Source of the DNA: an uncultured Hormoscilla sp.
GTDB lineage: Bacteria > Cyanobacteriota > Cyanobacteriia > Cyanobacteriales > Desertifilaceae
NCBI GenBank assembly: GCA_963921275.4
Contig: OZ001293.3
Coordinates: 800,001 to 864,000, forward strand
Reading direction: 5' to 3'
Length of the DNA stretch: 64,000 bases
The notes below the pieces were generated by a model. That model ran no database searches. It was not told the origin of the DNA and saw only the letters and a program-made list of their open reading frames with translations. Shown here in pieces: positions 11,046 to 23,205 of this stretch. Each line of letters begins with the position of its first letter. Position 1 is the first letter of the stretch. Both the position numbers and the translations under genes were made by a program.

Positions 11046-11594
11046 TTACAAGTAAGCGTCTGGTTCTAAAACCCAGATCAGATAACCTTTTCTAGTTTGG
11101 GTCAACAGGACTCGATCCCCTTCGTTAGTTAATTGTAGAGCAATTTTTAAGGCTTTATCCCGATCGGGAACATTCTTGAGGAAACTGTAATATTTGCCAG
11201 AGACCTCAATAGCGGCCAATGTTTTTTTCACATCGGGCACCCTAATCTTACAGGGTTGATACTGCGATCGGTCTAAGATTGCCGAATTTGCTGAGGAGGT
11301 CGGGGGACTGGCAGGTTCAGAGGGTTTCTGCACAGATTTTAAGTATGCTTTTGCTTCCCACACCCAGATAGCATAGCCTTTTGGTGTAGCGGTCAAAACG
11401 ACCCTATCCCCCCGCTTGACTAGCTTTTCTGCTAATTCTACGGCTTTCTGCTGTGAGGGGACGACTTTCAGCAGACTGTAATACTTGTCCCCGACATTAA
11501 TTGCTGCTAAGGGGTCTGTCAGATCTGGCACCCAGATCTGACAACGGCGATACTCAGAGGGAGATTTTAAGATCGGGTAGTTTGGGTTTGACAC
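11046..11594 (-). CDS. Hypothetical protein made of two homologous halves
   Basis: Repeated Y.PC.I.VPD...LAAI...KYYS..K...KGY.IWV.E module. Confidence 0.75.
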   Translation of the reverse strand: MSNPNYPILKSPSEYRRCQIWVPDLTDPLAAINVGDKYYSLLKVVPSQQKAVELAEKLVKRGDRVVLTATPKGYAIWVWEAKAYLKSVQKPSEPASPPTSSANSAILDRSQYQPCKIRVPDVKKTLAAIEVSGKYYSFLKNVPDRDKALKIALQLTNEGDRVLLTQTRKGYLIWVLEPDAYL

Positions 11595-11674
11595 GATAAT
11601 GAGGGAGATTTCTGCAGAATGCTATGCAAACGGGCGCTTGACTAGCCTTTGAGACTTTTCTTTAATTATAGCCA

Positions 11675-12055
11675 TTAGCCCATATCCAATGACTGATGTA
11701 GAATTAACCGGTTGCCCTGCGGATCGTAGGCGTAGATTTCTCTGCCGTGGGATGCGGTAGAAATCTCTCCAGGTGGTCGATCTCCTAGAGTCCGCAGATG
11801 GGCGATCGCCCTTTCCAAGTCATCCACTTCTAAGCATAAACTCATGCTACCACTGGATTTGCGCTCAAATTCTTGTCGATGGGAGTCTTTCGGCTGAAAA
11901 ATCCCCAAGCGTAACCCCGGCAGATGAAATTCCGCATATACCTGCTCGATGTTCACATCCGGTTGCCGTCCCAGCAAGGGGACATAGAATGCCAGCATTT
12001 TCTCCATATCCTCAGCCGCTAGGGTCACAAATGCTTGACTAAAATTAAAACTCAT
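11675..12055 (-). CDS. VOC/glyoxalase-family protein
   Basis: LCLEVDDLERAI, HGREIYAYDPQGNRL motifs. Confidence 0.85.
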   Translation of the reverse strand: MSFNFSQAFVTLAAEDMEKMLAFYVPLLGRQPDVNIEQVYAEFHLPGLRLGIFQPKDSHRQEFERKSSGSMSLCLEVDDLERAIAHLRTLGDRPPGEISTASHGREIYAYDPQGNRLILHQSLDMG

Positions 12056-12066
12056 GCTACACAGGC

Positions 12067-12456
12067 TCAATCCAACCACTCACTGGGATCGGGTTGTTTG
12101 CGTTCCATTGCTTTGATATAATCTTTCAGCGTCCGCTTATAGTCGGCTGGCTTGGGCCGCTCAACTCGTACTCGGCCCGAATGGCCAGCCCGATTTTTCG
12201 CGCAGCGTTCGCGGGTCTTGGGAGGTTGGGGGGCCCGGGTTGGAGGAACGGTCAGGATCGACCGCAAGCGATCGCGAGCCTCATTGATTTGTCTCATTTT
12301 CTCATGAGCCTTCTGTTGCAGCCGAGGAAACTGGACAAAACGATCGGGGTGCCAGACGATCGCCAAATCCTTATAACCTTGGTGAATTTCCTCTAGGGAA
12401 GCCCCCGGTTCTAGTTCCAGGATTCTATAGTAGTGAGCTGCATCTGTCATATCCAA
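12067..12456 (-). CDS. J-domain (DnaJ-type) protein with an in-frame 15-nt insert at 12194-12208
   Basis: YYRILEL..WHPDRF..INEARDRL. Confidence 0.85.
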   Translation of the reverse strand: MDMTDAAHYYRILELEPGASLEEIHQGYKDLAIVWHPDRFVQFPRLQQKAHEKMRQINEARDRLRSILTVPPTRAPQPPKTRERCAKNRAGHSGRVRVERPKPADYKRTLKDYIKAMERKQPDPSEWLD

Positions 12457-12707
12457 CAGCCCTCACAGGACAAACACATTGCGATCGCAGTTTGCTCTGA
12501 TTTGAGCTGACTGAGACAAGTCAGACAGATATCGTAAAAAAAATATATAATATTAAGGTTTTGTTTAACTTAAGTTAACGTTTTATTAGTTTGCCAGTGT
12601 CCGGAAAGTGCTCAAACAGTTAAAAAACTTTAATCTGAAGCCAGTCTCAAGAGACTCTGGAAAACTAGAAAGCGACAACAGCAAAGGTATATGGGAGTTT
12701 GGTAAGA

Positions 12708-13874
12708 ATGAAGCTGGCAGCAAGAGTAGGTCAGGTAACGCCTTCCTTAACGTTGACTGTGACCGCCAAGGCCCTGGCGATGAAGGCAGAAGGGATTGAT
12801 GTTTGTAGTTTCAGCGCTGGAGAACCGGATTTTGAAACGCCGGCGCATATTAAGGCCGCAGCCCAGCAAGCACTGGATGAGGGAAAAACTAGGTATGGCC
12901 CGGCAGCAGGAGAACCGAGGTTGCGAGAGACGATCGCCCGCAAGCTGCAACATGAATATCAGCTGAACTATACGGCAGAAAATGTGATAGTCACCAACGG
13001 CGGCAAGCATTCTCTCTACAACATGATGATGGCCCTGATCGAACCGGGTGATGAGGTAATTATCCCGGTTCCCTACTGGGTGAGTTACCCAGAAATGGTG
13101 AAACTAGCCGGTGGTACGCCAGTGTTTGTACAGACAACAGCCGCTACTGGATATAAAATCACCCCCGCACAACTGCGTCAGGCTGTAACACCACAAACAA
13201 AGCTGTTTGTGATCAATTCTCCGTCCAATCCCACAGGGATGGTTTATACCGCAGCGGAGATTATTGCCCTGGGAGAAGTGGTGGTGGAGCAGGATATTCT
13301 GGTAGTTTCGGACGAGATTTATGAGAAGATTCTCTATGAGGGTGCAGAACATCTGAGTATTGGTGCAGTTAGTCATAAACTCTTTACCCGCACCCTCGTC
13401 AGCAATGGGTTTGCCAAAGCTTACTCGATGACGGGTTGGCGGGTTGGCTATCTGGCGGGTGCAGTAGAACTGATTAAAGCTTGTAGTACCATCCAAGGAC
13501 ATAGTACATCCAATGTCTGCACATTCGCTCAGTATGGAGCGATCGCGGCCTTGTCAGAGTCGCAAGATTGTGTAGAACGAATGCGCCTGACTTTTTCCCA
13601 ACGGCGTGAGGTAATGCTAGAAAGGATAAATGCCATACCCGGACTCAGCTGTGTAAAACCTTCAGGGGCGTTCTACCTGTTTGTGGATATTAGTAAAACC
13701 GGTTTGACTTCTCTGGAGTTTAGCAATTCTCTGTTAGAGTCGCAACAGGTGGCTGTGATTCCCGGAATTGCCTTTGGCGCTGACGACCATATCCGCTTCT
13801 CCTATGCCACTGACATGACTACGATCGAGAAAGGGATGGATAGGTTAAAAAAGTTTGTGCGATTGCTAAAATAA
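12708..13874 (+). CDS. aspC: PLP-dependent aspartate aminotransferase
   Basis: [30 protein letters not shown] motifs. Confidence 0.92.
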   Translation: MKLAARVGQVTPSLTLTVTAKALAMKAEGIDVCSFSAGEPDFETPAHIKAAAQQALDEGKTRYGPAAGEPRLRETIARKLQHEYQLNYTAENVIVTNGGKHSLYNMMMALIEPGDEVIIPVPYWVSYPEMVKLAGGTPVFVQTTAATGYKITPAQLRQAVTPQTKLFVINSPSNPTGMVYTAAEIIALGEVVVEQDILVVSDEIYEKILYEGAEHLSIGAVSHKLFTRTLVSNGFAKAYSMTGWRVGYLAGAVELIKACSTIQGHSTSNVCTFAQYGAIAALSESQDCVERMRLTFSQRREVMLERINAIPGLSCVKPSGAFYLFVDISKTGLTSLEFSNSLLESQQVAVIPGIAFGADDHIRFSYATDMTTIEKGMDRLKKFVRLLK

Positions 13875-14375
13875 TAATATCTGAGCAAATTGTCATAAAT
13901 TAGTTCAGTTGAGATTAAAATAGGAGCCAACATTGGAGCAAAAAAACCATGACTGAAAGTCTCTTAATCCAAGCTGAAGCCTGGGGGTTGGTTTGCAAAT
14001 GTAATCTTGACGGCAACTGGCAGATTATCTCAAAAACTCCCATAGAAAAATGGAAATTACAGCTAGTATATTCCTGATGGTTGCTGCTAATTCGCGAGAT
14101 TCCTCAAGTTAGTTTTTTGCCAGAAGAAGCGCAAGCATTTTTATCCCGTCGCGTCAGTAAATTCAAAAAAAATGGCTCGACGCCATTACTAATTTCAACT
14201 CTTAATTATAGTCATTAAGAGTTGGTAGGCTTGCGCAACAGTTGTTGAGGTTGTAGAATGGGAATACCGATGAGAAACTGGGCCCCCTGCCCTGGTACGG
14301 ACTGACATTTCAAGCTCCCGTGGTACTTTTTGATAATCTGATAGCTAATGGATAACCCCAGACCAGTCCCTTTGC

Positions 14376-14760
14376 CTACAGGTTTGGTGGTAAAGAAGGG
14401 AATAACTGAGAACGTACAGACTCTCTGATGCCAGGACCATTATCCCGAATGGCGATCGCCACCTGATTGCCCTTTACCACCTGAGTGCGAATCAGAATCT
14501 GTCGGCTGTGTCCCCCGGGAGGGCTAGGAGCACGTTCCCAGGCAGAGCCGTGGGAACGAGGGGGGGACACAGATTGTGCCTAGGTTTCTCTTTTTCCTGA
14601 CCAGCAACAACTGACTGTTCTAAGGCATCGATCGCATGAGCGAGGATATTCATAAACACCTGATTGGTTTGCCCTGGGTAGCACTCGACTAAGGACAAGT
14701 TGCCGTATTGTTTGAAGCACCTAAATTTCTGGGTGCCCGCCAGGATCTTTGGCTCTAGCC
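14376..14760 (-). pseudogene. Sensor histidine kinase HATPase remnant with a palindromic repeat insertion
   Basis: NQVFMNILAHAIDAL and IRDNGPGI in different frames. Confidence 0.7.
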
Positions 14761-14880
14761 TGGTTAATGCCCTCTGACTTGCATAAATAAGTCGCCCAGG
14801 GCATCTCCCTCACAGCAGAGTTAGTAAAATAATTTTCTTATAGTTTTGTATAGTTTTTTTAACTTGCAATAATCAAGTCC

Positions 14881-15897
14881 ACGTGAGTTCGACGAAACTA
14901 GAAAATGGCAGGAGGTAGTGCTGGTAAGCCTTTGACCTCCAGAACGAGGCGAGGTTTTTTATCGGCGTCGGTGTAGGCCACCAAGCCGGCCAGCAGGTTG
15001 ACCAAGAAGTTGAAGACACTCCGGTGGCGAGAATGCTCGATTTGACAGATGTTCTTGAGTTGGTCGTTGACCGATTCAATGACGGCCCGCTTCCGGAGCT
15101 GGATTTTATCGCTCGTTTTCATCAAGCGATTTTTCATATTTCGCTTCGATTTAGCAATTTGAGACCTTGTTCGTATAATTTCTCGAATAGATATTGAGAG
15201 ACATATCCCCGGTCTCCAAACAGTTTTCCAAACAAGTCTTGAGCCATCTCTGGTACAGGTTTACGGTCGTCAGTGTTGGCTGGCGTGAGCTTGAAGGCTA
15301 GTAACTCTCCGCGCTCGTTGATAATCAAATGCAATTTAAATCCGAAATGCCAGCCAGTTGAGCTTTTCCCCCAGTGGACTAGCCCTTTGAACACCTTATG
15401 GTTATGAGCACGACGAGGGTGACAAACTTCTATGGGTGTAGAATCAACAAAGGAAATGCCTGTAACTTCTCCTTTTCGAGTATGAAGAAAACAACTTCAT
15501 AGCATTAGACACCACGGCATCAATTCCACAAAGCGATTATAGCTGACCAAGTTGGGAAAGGCTCCGCGCCAATGGGGGAGAACACACAGGGTGTAAAACT
15601 CTTTGAACGTACGGAAGCCCGAGCCATGAAAAGCGATGGCAATCGTCATAATTTCTGAGAGGCTCATGCGCGAACGACAGCATCGTTCCCCAGGCATGGA
15701 GGGCAGTTGCGGTTGTTCTTCCCAGTGGCGCACCGTTCCGGAAAAATCGAACATTTGGCAGAAGTCGTCTAGTTCACAGAAGATGCGGGTGACATCCAGG
15801 CGCGATACAATTTGACTCATGGTGGGTTCAGACTGGGGTGGAATGGTTCAAACCCAGTCTCCGCCTTTTTTTTTTGTCCAGTCCGTCGAACTCACGT
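14881..15897 (-). mobile_element. IS982-family element, transposase disrupted
   Basis: TIR ACGTGAGTTCGACG; 6-bp TSD AAGTCC; fragments [23 protein letters not shown]. Confidence 0.92.
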
Positions 15898-16071
15898 AAG
15901 TCCAATTGCAGAAATCGCATTTTGCCCAGGCGATCGCCTCCCTCTGGTTATGAGGCTCGCCGGTAGTTACCATAGGGTTCCCATTGCTCACCTGACAAAC
16001 AGTAGACTCGGAAGGTGGCTATTTTACAGGAACCGAAAGCTGACAAAGCTTAAACGCTGCTAGAGGTGACA

Positions 16072-16195
16072 AAAACGCTAATATACATAATCAAAACGCT
16101 AGCATATATAGCAAAAAGGCTTGTTGACATAATGAAAACGCTAGTATATATAGTAAAAAGCTAGCATGGGTAATCAAAACGCTAGTATATATCAT
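16072..16195. repeat. Six degenerate direct repeats with about 21-bp period (AAAACGCTAG...)
   Basis: Units start near 16072, 16093, 16114, 16135, 16156, 16176. Confidence 0.7.
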
Positions 16196-16284
16196 ACAAG
16201 TCCGCCTTTTGATTGCTGAAAACCAGTAGGGTGGGCATTGCCCACCATCGTTCACAGGGCATAACGAAGATATGTAGCAGGGAT

Positions 16285-16632
16285 TTAGAAAGTGTAGAGG
16301 ATGTCAAAGCCCTGCAAACCTTGAGGCTGTTCGTAGTCAACCGCGACATCTGTGACCGCAGCATCAAGGGGTCCGTGGTAACACCAGCGAATCATCGCTT
16401 CAACGGCAGGTGCTGGTCCTTCAAAGACAGCTTCGACTCGGCGATCGGGCAAATTGCGTACCCAACCAGCAACACCCAAATGTTTGGCCTGGGAGCGAGT
16501 GGAGAAGCGATAGCCGACGCCCTGGACTCGGCCCGAAATGAAGACATGGGCAAGCTGTGTCCCTCGGGTAGTGCTTTTAGCGCTCCCGGGGGACACAGCA
16601 ATTTCTAGTTCTGGTTGTGATGGTTTTTCCAT
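16285..16632 (-). CDS. acyP: Acylphosphatase
   Basis: GRVQGVGYR, GWVRNLPD motifs. Confidence 0.92.
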   Translation of the reverse strand: MEKPSQPELEIAVSPGSAKSTTRGTQLAHVFISGRVQGVGYRFSTRSQAKHLGVAGWVRNLPDRRVEAVFEGPAPAVEAMIRWCYHGPLDAAVTDVAVDYEQPQGLQGFDILYTF

Positions 16633-16666
16633 AAACTTATCTACAGATGCTCAATCAGTGATAATC

Positions 16667-17191
16667 ATGATCATAGTTCATCGCTTCACGGCGGCATTCT
16701 CCACCATTCCTGATGCCGAAGCTTGGGTCTGGGCGGCATTGCTAGTATGCATATTTACCATAATTTCCCTGCCCGTGGGATTCAAGTTTTATTTTCTCCA
16801 ACTGAAAGTAGAGACAGCATGGGAAATCGTTGTCAGTGTAATGGCAATGACACTGCTAATCCCTGCGCTATTAGAGGAGACAGTGTTTCGGGTTTTACTC
16901 CTGCCTCACCCAGCAGAAAACCCTTCTCTCGGAGTCCAGTTGCTGTGGGGATTGGGCAGTTTAGCAATTTTCATTATCTCTCATCCGCTGAATGGTTTGA
17001 CCTTCTATCGGGCTAGACTGAAGACATTTACCAATCCAGTTTTTCTGTTTTTAGCCGGACTTCTCGGCCTTGTCTGCACGATCGTTTATTGGCAGAGTGG
17101 TTCAATCTGGACGCCCATAGCTATTCACTGGCTAATTGTAGTAATTTGGTTGCTAGGCCTAGGTGGATATGAAAAAATCTATCATTCGTAG
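16667..17191 (+). CDS. CPBP/Abi-family intramembrane protease
   Basis: PALLEETVFR, SHPLN, SGSIWTPIAIHW; hydrophobic. Confidence 0.8.
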   Translation: MIIVHRFTAAFSTIPDAEAWVWAALLVCIFTIISLPVGFKFYFLQLKVETAWEIVVSVMAMTLLIPALLEETVFRVLLLPHPAENPSLGVQLLWGLGSLAIFIISHPLNGLTFYRARLKTFTNPVFLFLAGLLGLVCTIVYWQSGSIWTPIAIHWLIVVIWLLGLGGYEKIYHS

Positions 17192-17194
17192 TCT

Positions 17195-17520
17195 GTCATG
17201 TTTGTGTCATGTTTGTAGTAAGCGCTTTAGCGCTTTCCATGTTTGTAGTAAGCGCTTTAGCGCTTTCTGGGCAGTGGTGACAAGGTTTGCGCTCGCACGG
17301 GTGATGGTGGGCACCGCCCACCCTACGCAGCTTTGATTATAAATTGAAAGAGTTGGTTTTTCCATCCAGGGCCGTAGTGACAAGGTTTGCGCTCGCACGG
17401 GTGATGGTGGGCGGTGCCCACAAAGAGCGCTTTCCATGTTTGTAGTAAGCGCTAAAGCGCTTTCTGGGCAGTGGTGACAAGGTTTGCGCTCGCACGGGTG
17501 ATAGTGGGCGGCGCCCATCA
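17195..17520. repeat. REP-like composite repeat cluster
   Basis: Three copies of GTGACAAGGTTTGCGCTCGCACGGGTGAT and three of CATGTTTGTAGTAAGCGCT. Confidence 0.8.
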
Positions 17521-17734
17521 TACTAACTGAAACCCTTGCAGGGTAAGGATTTGGGCAAAACCAGCTTGCACAAGGACGCTCCGGCTCGCTATAGGTAGCA
17601 ACTTGGGTTAAAATAAGTTGGGTAAATTGCCTGCCGCTAGCTAAATTGCTTGACTCGGAAGGCTGTCTAAGGGTATCATTAGCTTGGCATAAGCTCTACA
17701 TTTTGTCCATTTTGCAAGAACAAACCATTGATAT

Positions 17735-20578
17735 ATGAGAACTAATTCATCAGTACCTCAGGAGAATACCGTCGAAGGAGACAGCGTTACCTTTTCAGAC
17801 ATTGCCAGTTTAGCTGGGATCGACTATCGTCGCATCCCCTCAGCACGAAACGAAATTTTCGATGAAATCAAACTAGGGCCTCCGTTGACGCCAGAAGATC
17901 GGGCCGAAGTACCGCTATTCGCGAGGGGCTTGCCCGGGGTGGCGATTCTGGATTACGACGGGGATGGGGATCTGGACATCTACGTCATAAACGGACCTGG
18001 GGCTGCCAACAGTCTCTACTCCAATCAATTAGAGGAAACGGGTCAGTTAACCTTTGTCGATATGGGGGAGGCGGCAGGAGTCGCAGCGACTGACCAAGAC
18101 AGCACTGGCGTTTCCTATGGTGACATCGATAACGACGGCGACCACGACCTGCTAGTTCTGGGTGCGGGGGAAGCAAATCGACTGTTTGAAAACCTGGGAG
18201 ATGGCACGTTTGTTGATATTACCGAAGCGAGTGAGATTGGTGAGGATAACCGGTACTCCGGTTCGGCCTCTATGGGAGATGTCAACGGGGATGGCTGGCT
18301 GGATATTGTCGTTGCTAATTCTTTCAACTGGGACAACACTTTTGCCATCGCCTTAGAACCCTTTGCCTTGAACGAGCATAACCAGCTATTCCTGAATACA
18401 GGGAACAATACTTTTATAGATGTCAGCGCTACCTCTGGAATAGAAAACCTGACTGGCTTTGGCGAAGATGTACGAGATGGAATGGCTACCATTACTTGGG
18501 CGATCGCCATAGTAGACTACGATCTAGATGGAGACCTGGATATCATCCATGGAGACGACCAAGGGGTTGTTCCAACTGGAGAATTCGGTGGGGTTGATCG
18601 CGGCTTGATCCATGTTCTCCAAAACGACGGTACTGGGAACTTTACCGATGTAACGGCGTCCGCCAACCTGAATGTCCCTGGTGCATGGATGGGTCTCTCC
18701 TTCGCAGACTTTAATGCCGATGGGAATATGGATATCTTTGGCTCCAATTTCGGCGAGTATGGGTTGTTAAGAGATGGCTTAACCCTGCGCTCGGGAAATT
18801 CCCGGTGGTTTTTGGGACAGGACGACGACACCTTCACAGATCCAGGTGTAGGGCCCCTAGTAGCTACAACCTTTGGCTGGGGGAATGGGACGACAGATTA
18901 CGACAACGACGGCGACACGGATATTATCTTTCAAGGTGGTTTAGATGTCGGTCCGTTTGTTGACGCTTCCAATCCAGGCACGCTCCTGAGAAACGATGGT
19001 GCTGGCAATTTTACCTACGACGCCGACGCCTTGGCATCAGCCACCGACCACCTGCGACGCAGCAATAAGGGACTGGCCCTTGGAGATCTAAATCAGGATG
19101 GTTTTGTCGATATCGTTTCGACGTCGAATTTTGACTACCCAGAATCCGTACCCCTCGTCCCTTATCCTGACGAATTTGGTTCACCGTTCGATTCCATAGC
19201 GGCGACTGTGCCCACTTTTATGACTACGGAGAATGGAGAATTTGCCTGAAGTGGATTAGTATTCCCCGATGGCACCCTGTCTGTGGAAATCAATAGTGCC
19301 GATAACGGCAATGGTTGGGTAGAAGTGCAAACCCTGGGTACGGTGGGCCTGACTGGGGAGGGAATTGTCAATCGGGATGGCATTGGCGCGGTGGTCTTCT
19401 TTACTCCCGAAGGGGGCCAGACGGCCATGGAACCGATTCTGGGTGGGTCAAGCTTTATCTCCCAGAATAGTCTAGCTGCTAACTTTGGCCTAGGTTCAGA
19501 AACCCGAGGGACTGTGGAAGTGCTGTGGCCAGGTGGGGTGCGTAACCGACTCTACAATGTTGAGGCGGGAGAAAAGATCTATTTCCCAGAAATTCCAGTC
19601 AGTTTTGATGACAATGACAAAAGCCTGCGAGAGTACGTCATGGAGGTCAGGGATGCTTTGGATCAGTTGGTGGCTTCTGAAGTTTTGACCCCTAGCGATC
19701 GGAGTCGATTCTTGTTCAGCGCTATCAAGGCTTTTCAGGAGGATAATGGCAACAGCCGATTGGACGTCAATGGTTGGGTAGAAGTGCAAACCCTGGGTAC
19801 GGTGGGCCTGACTGGGGAGGGAATTGTCAATCGGGATGGCATTGGCGCGGTGGTCTTCTTTACTCCCGAAGGGGGCCAGACGGCCATGGAACCGATTCTG
19901 GGTGGGTCAAGCTTTATCTCCCAGAATAGTCTAGCTGCTAACTTTGGCCTAGGTTCGGAAACCCGAGGGACTGTGGAAGTGCTGTGGCCAGGTGGGGTGA
20001 GTAACCGACTCTACAATGTTGAGGCGGGAGAAAAGATCTATTTCCCAGAAATTCCAGTCAGTTTTGATGACAATGACAAAAGCCTGCGAGAGTACGTCAT
20101 GGAGGTCAGGAATGCCTTGGAGCAGTTGGTGGCTTCTGAAGTTTTGACCCCTAGCGATCGGAGTCGATTCTTGTTCAGCGCGATCTCTGGTTTTCAGGAG
20201 GATAATGGCAACAGCCAATTGGACGTCCAGATAGGGAGTAGCGGCCGAGACGTTCTGACTGGTGGTGGTGTCCGCCGCGCTTTCCTTTATGGGGGTGATG
20301 GGGACGACTTGCTTAATGGTAATGCTGCTAGTCGCGCTCATCTTGATGGAGGTAATGGTCGCGATACCTTTGTCATCCTACCGGGAAGGGGTCAAGCTAT
20401 TATCCACTTTTTTGAAGATGGGATGGACAGCCTGGGTCTAGTTGGCTTGAGTTTCAGCGAACTAGAAATTGTCCCGCGCGGTAGTGCGACGACTATTAAC
20501 ATGGCGTCTACAGGAGTTACTCTCGCTACTCTGTTGGGTATTGATTCTACATTGATTAGCGAGGCTGACTTTTCTTAG
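17735..20578 (+). pseudogene. FG-GAP + ASPIC/UnbV (CRTAC1-like) protein with RTX-type tail; single in-frame TGA at 19247-19249
   Basis: Many DxDxDGDxD repeats; ORFs 17735 and 19283 share a frame; 459-bp tandem duplication. Confidence 0.8.
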
Positions 20579-21513
20579 CTTCTTGGGATCGGGTTCATGT
20601 TGAATTCGACCTTCGGAGTTCGACCTTCGGAGTTCAAGGTATTCACGTAGCCCTCTAACCCGGTTTTTCTGAAAAACCGGGTTTCTTGATTCTGGCGCTG
20701 TGCCCACTTTTTCCAGATTTGAGGTTGACGGAAAGCGTAGATATCTTTGATTACCTGTACCCAGCTATTGGCCAGGGATGCTAAGATGCGATCGCCCTTT
20801 TCCGGGGAAGCAGTTGTCGGATCCCCCAGGACTCCACTTGCGGTTAAATCTCGCGTCGCCCAAGGGAAAGGCAGCTTACCTTCCATGCTCAGCATACTAT
20901 CTTTTGGCAAACCTTGAGGATATTCAGCTACTGCCGCCTCCATTTTCACCTGTTCTGGTAGCAGGGAAAGGAGTAAGCTAGTTTCCCCATCTCCAGCATG
21001 GATACCCAATTCTGACTCCTTTGCTGTCAGTAATTCCTGAGTAATATTAGGAACGCGCCAGGTAAACAGAGGAAACACCATAAAATCATCATACTTGACG
21101 TGCAAATCCCGCGCTGCTATTTCCAATACCTGGGGTTGTCCCCCGTGGGAGTTCATCAACACCAACTTGCGAAAACCTGCCCGGTAAATACTTTCTGCCA
21201 CTTCGGTAATAACTGCCAATAGGGTTTGTGCACTCAGAGTAATTGTACTCGGGAAATGCCAATGTTCGTTAGATTTGCCGTAATAAAGGGCAGGCAAGGC
21301 ATAAGCGGGGATGCTAGGATCTAGTTGATGCAATGCCTTTCCCAAAACCCCCACACTAATGGCAGCATCGACGATTAGCGGCAAATGAGGGCCATGTTGC
21401 TCAATTGCCCCGATCGGCTGGACGATCGGCACATTTTCTTTCTCCGGCATTGCCTGGATCTCTGTCCAGCTGAGGTAGGGAAAAAAGCGTTCTGGAGGGA
21501 TGAAGCTGTGCAT
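20575..21513 (-). CDS. Creatininase-family amidohydrolase
   Basis: GAIEQHGPHLP, NSHGGQ, HAGDGETS motifs. Confidence 0.9.
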   Translation of the reverse strand: MHSFIPPERFFPYLSWTEIQAMPEKENVPIVQPIGAIEQHGPHLPLIVDAAISVGVLGKALHQLDPSIPAYALPALYYGKSNEHWHFPSTITLSAQTLLAVITEVAESIYRAGFRKLVLMNSHGGQPQVLEIAARDLHVKYDDFMVFPLFTWRVPNITQELLTAKESELGIHAGDGETSLLLSLLPEQVKMEAAVAEYPQGLPKDSMLSMEGKLPFPWATRDLTASGVLGDPTTASPEKGDRILASLANSWVQVIKDIYAFRQPQIWKKWAQRQNQETRFFRKTGLEGYVNTLNSEGRTPKVEFNMNPIPRS

Positions 21514-21559
21514 CATTGCTAATTGCTAATTGCTAATTGTTAATTGCTAATTGCTAACG

Positions 21560-22040
21560 GGGCACGGCCAAGTCAAATAATGCTCCTAGGCTCTTTCGCG
21601 CCTGGGAAGCACTCTTCGTGCTTATTACGAACGGCAGGATCGGAATGCCGTCAGCGATGCTGCTGCGCAGCGCCATTACTATCCACATCCAGCATGATAT
21701 CACGCCCCGAGTCCAGGTAGTTGGTAATTGCATCTGGATTCTTCCGGTTGGCACCCTCACTGATCGCGCCTCCAGTGAGAGCATCAGGGAGCATCTCACT
21801 ATGGGATCTGTATTTGCGAAGGTCAAATGGCTAATTGCGAATGGCTCAGGGAAAATGGAGCAATTGTCAATTAACTCTTGCTCAATTCTCAATGAAACAA
21901 TTTTCAATGAAACAATTTTCAATTGCTCAAGAAGCAAACTTGATACGACTGAGATGCACCCGAGCATCACCTCTAATGTCAAATAGATAACGTAAAGCCA
22001 GAACACCGTCAGTCAGAGCATCTACCTGTGTCCCTTGACA
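21560..22040 (-). pseudogene. Fragments of a dockerin-like C-terminal repeat of a large surface protein
   Basis: DALTDGVLALRYLF and, in another frame, MLDVDSNG. Confidence 0.45.
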
Positions 22041-22557
22041 CGTTCGATATCTTCTGGGAGCGCTACCCGCACAAAAGAGAAGATATCGACATGAGATACT
22101 ATCGCCCAAAATGCGTGTCAAGGGACACAGCTTCCCCATTCTCGTCTATGTCCAGAGTAAACTCAGATGGTTCGATATCTCCAGAAAATTCAAAAGCCCC
22201 AATATAGGAGATCGCTGTGCCATAGGTATAGGCGACCTAGGCTTTCGATGTCTCCTGGGAGCGCTACGAGCACTACCCAGGAGACATCGTTGTGAGATAC
22301 AATATAAACTGCGTCAATCTTCTGGGATTGTTTTTGGACGATCGTGGTAATTTGGTTGATGCCCGGAGCGATCGCCTTCTAAAATATACGCTTCTACGCT
22401 ATCCAGGTATTGGCGTGCTGGTAGCTGGTAGATCACCCTGGATGCATCCGATTTACGAACCGGTTAAATGAACGGCATCATCTTACCTTTGTAATGCTAG
22501 TTGCTGTTGCCTGCTGCCCTCAATCAGCGCTCGCCTATTGCACGATATTTGAGTTAA

Positions 22558-23124
22558 CTAAGTTTTTCCCGAGTTTTCCCGAACGGTACAATCACAAATC
22601 AGGAGATCCATTAACATCTTAGCCGGATTGACTTTTTCGCTACGATTTTCTGCCGTTTCTCTGGTACTAGCCATCAATGCCTCTCGGGTAGTGCGACTAG
22701 CGATCCCGAGAGGCATCGAACGCAGGCGATCGCGAATATTGCCCAGTATGAATTGATTATTGACAGGTAAACGGGGTGTTGGCAGATCTAGATTAGGCCA
22801 CCAAGGCAAATTATTACAGGGACAGCACTGGGGTGGCAGGCCCGCAGTCGGGAGAGGGAGGGGGAGCTCACAACGACAACACATCACCAGTTCCCACTCC
22901 GGCGTCAACAGTTGAGTAATAGTTTCGTCAGTCCCCTCCAGGTAGCAGTCTCTGGAGTCAGGTGAGATAATTTTCTGCCAGCATGCTTCAAACTCCTGAC
23001 TATAACTATCGCCTTTTACTACTGGTTGAGGCAGCAAAGCTTCGTTCCCATTGAGAATCATCACTTTTTTGCCCAATTGTAGCCAATAGGCAAGATATTG
23101 TTTTACTTGCGTTTGAGATGCCAT
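22558..23124 (-). CDS. Conserved cyanobacterial hypothetical protein
   Basis: MASQTQVKQYLAYWLQLGK, CYLEGT, Cys-rich segment. Confidence 0.7.
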   Translation of the reverse strand: MASQTQVKQYLAYWLQLGKKVMILNGNEALLPQPVVKGDSYSQEFEACWQKIISPDSRDCYLEGTDETITQLLTPEWELVMCCRCELPLPLPTAGLPPQCCPCNNLPWWPNLDLPTPRLPVNNQFILGNIRDRLRSMPLGIASRTTREALMASTRETAENRSEKVNPAKMLMDLLICDCTVRENSGKT

Positions 23125-23205
23125 AGTATCTGAGCATTGCCTATTGCTAATATTGTAACGAGGCATCGCCGCCTTTGGGGATCGGAAACTTAAGTTAATG
23201 TAAAG

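Noticed and set aside
17520..17610. Additional IS982-type element
   Set aside because: Only one end-like motif (ATAGGTAGCAACTTGGGT) with no partner or TSD found
19309..20226. DGR template and variable repeat pair
   Set aside because: An adjacent in-frame duplication with few differences that are not adenine-specific
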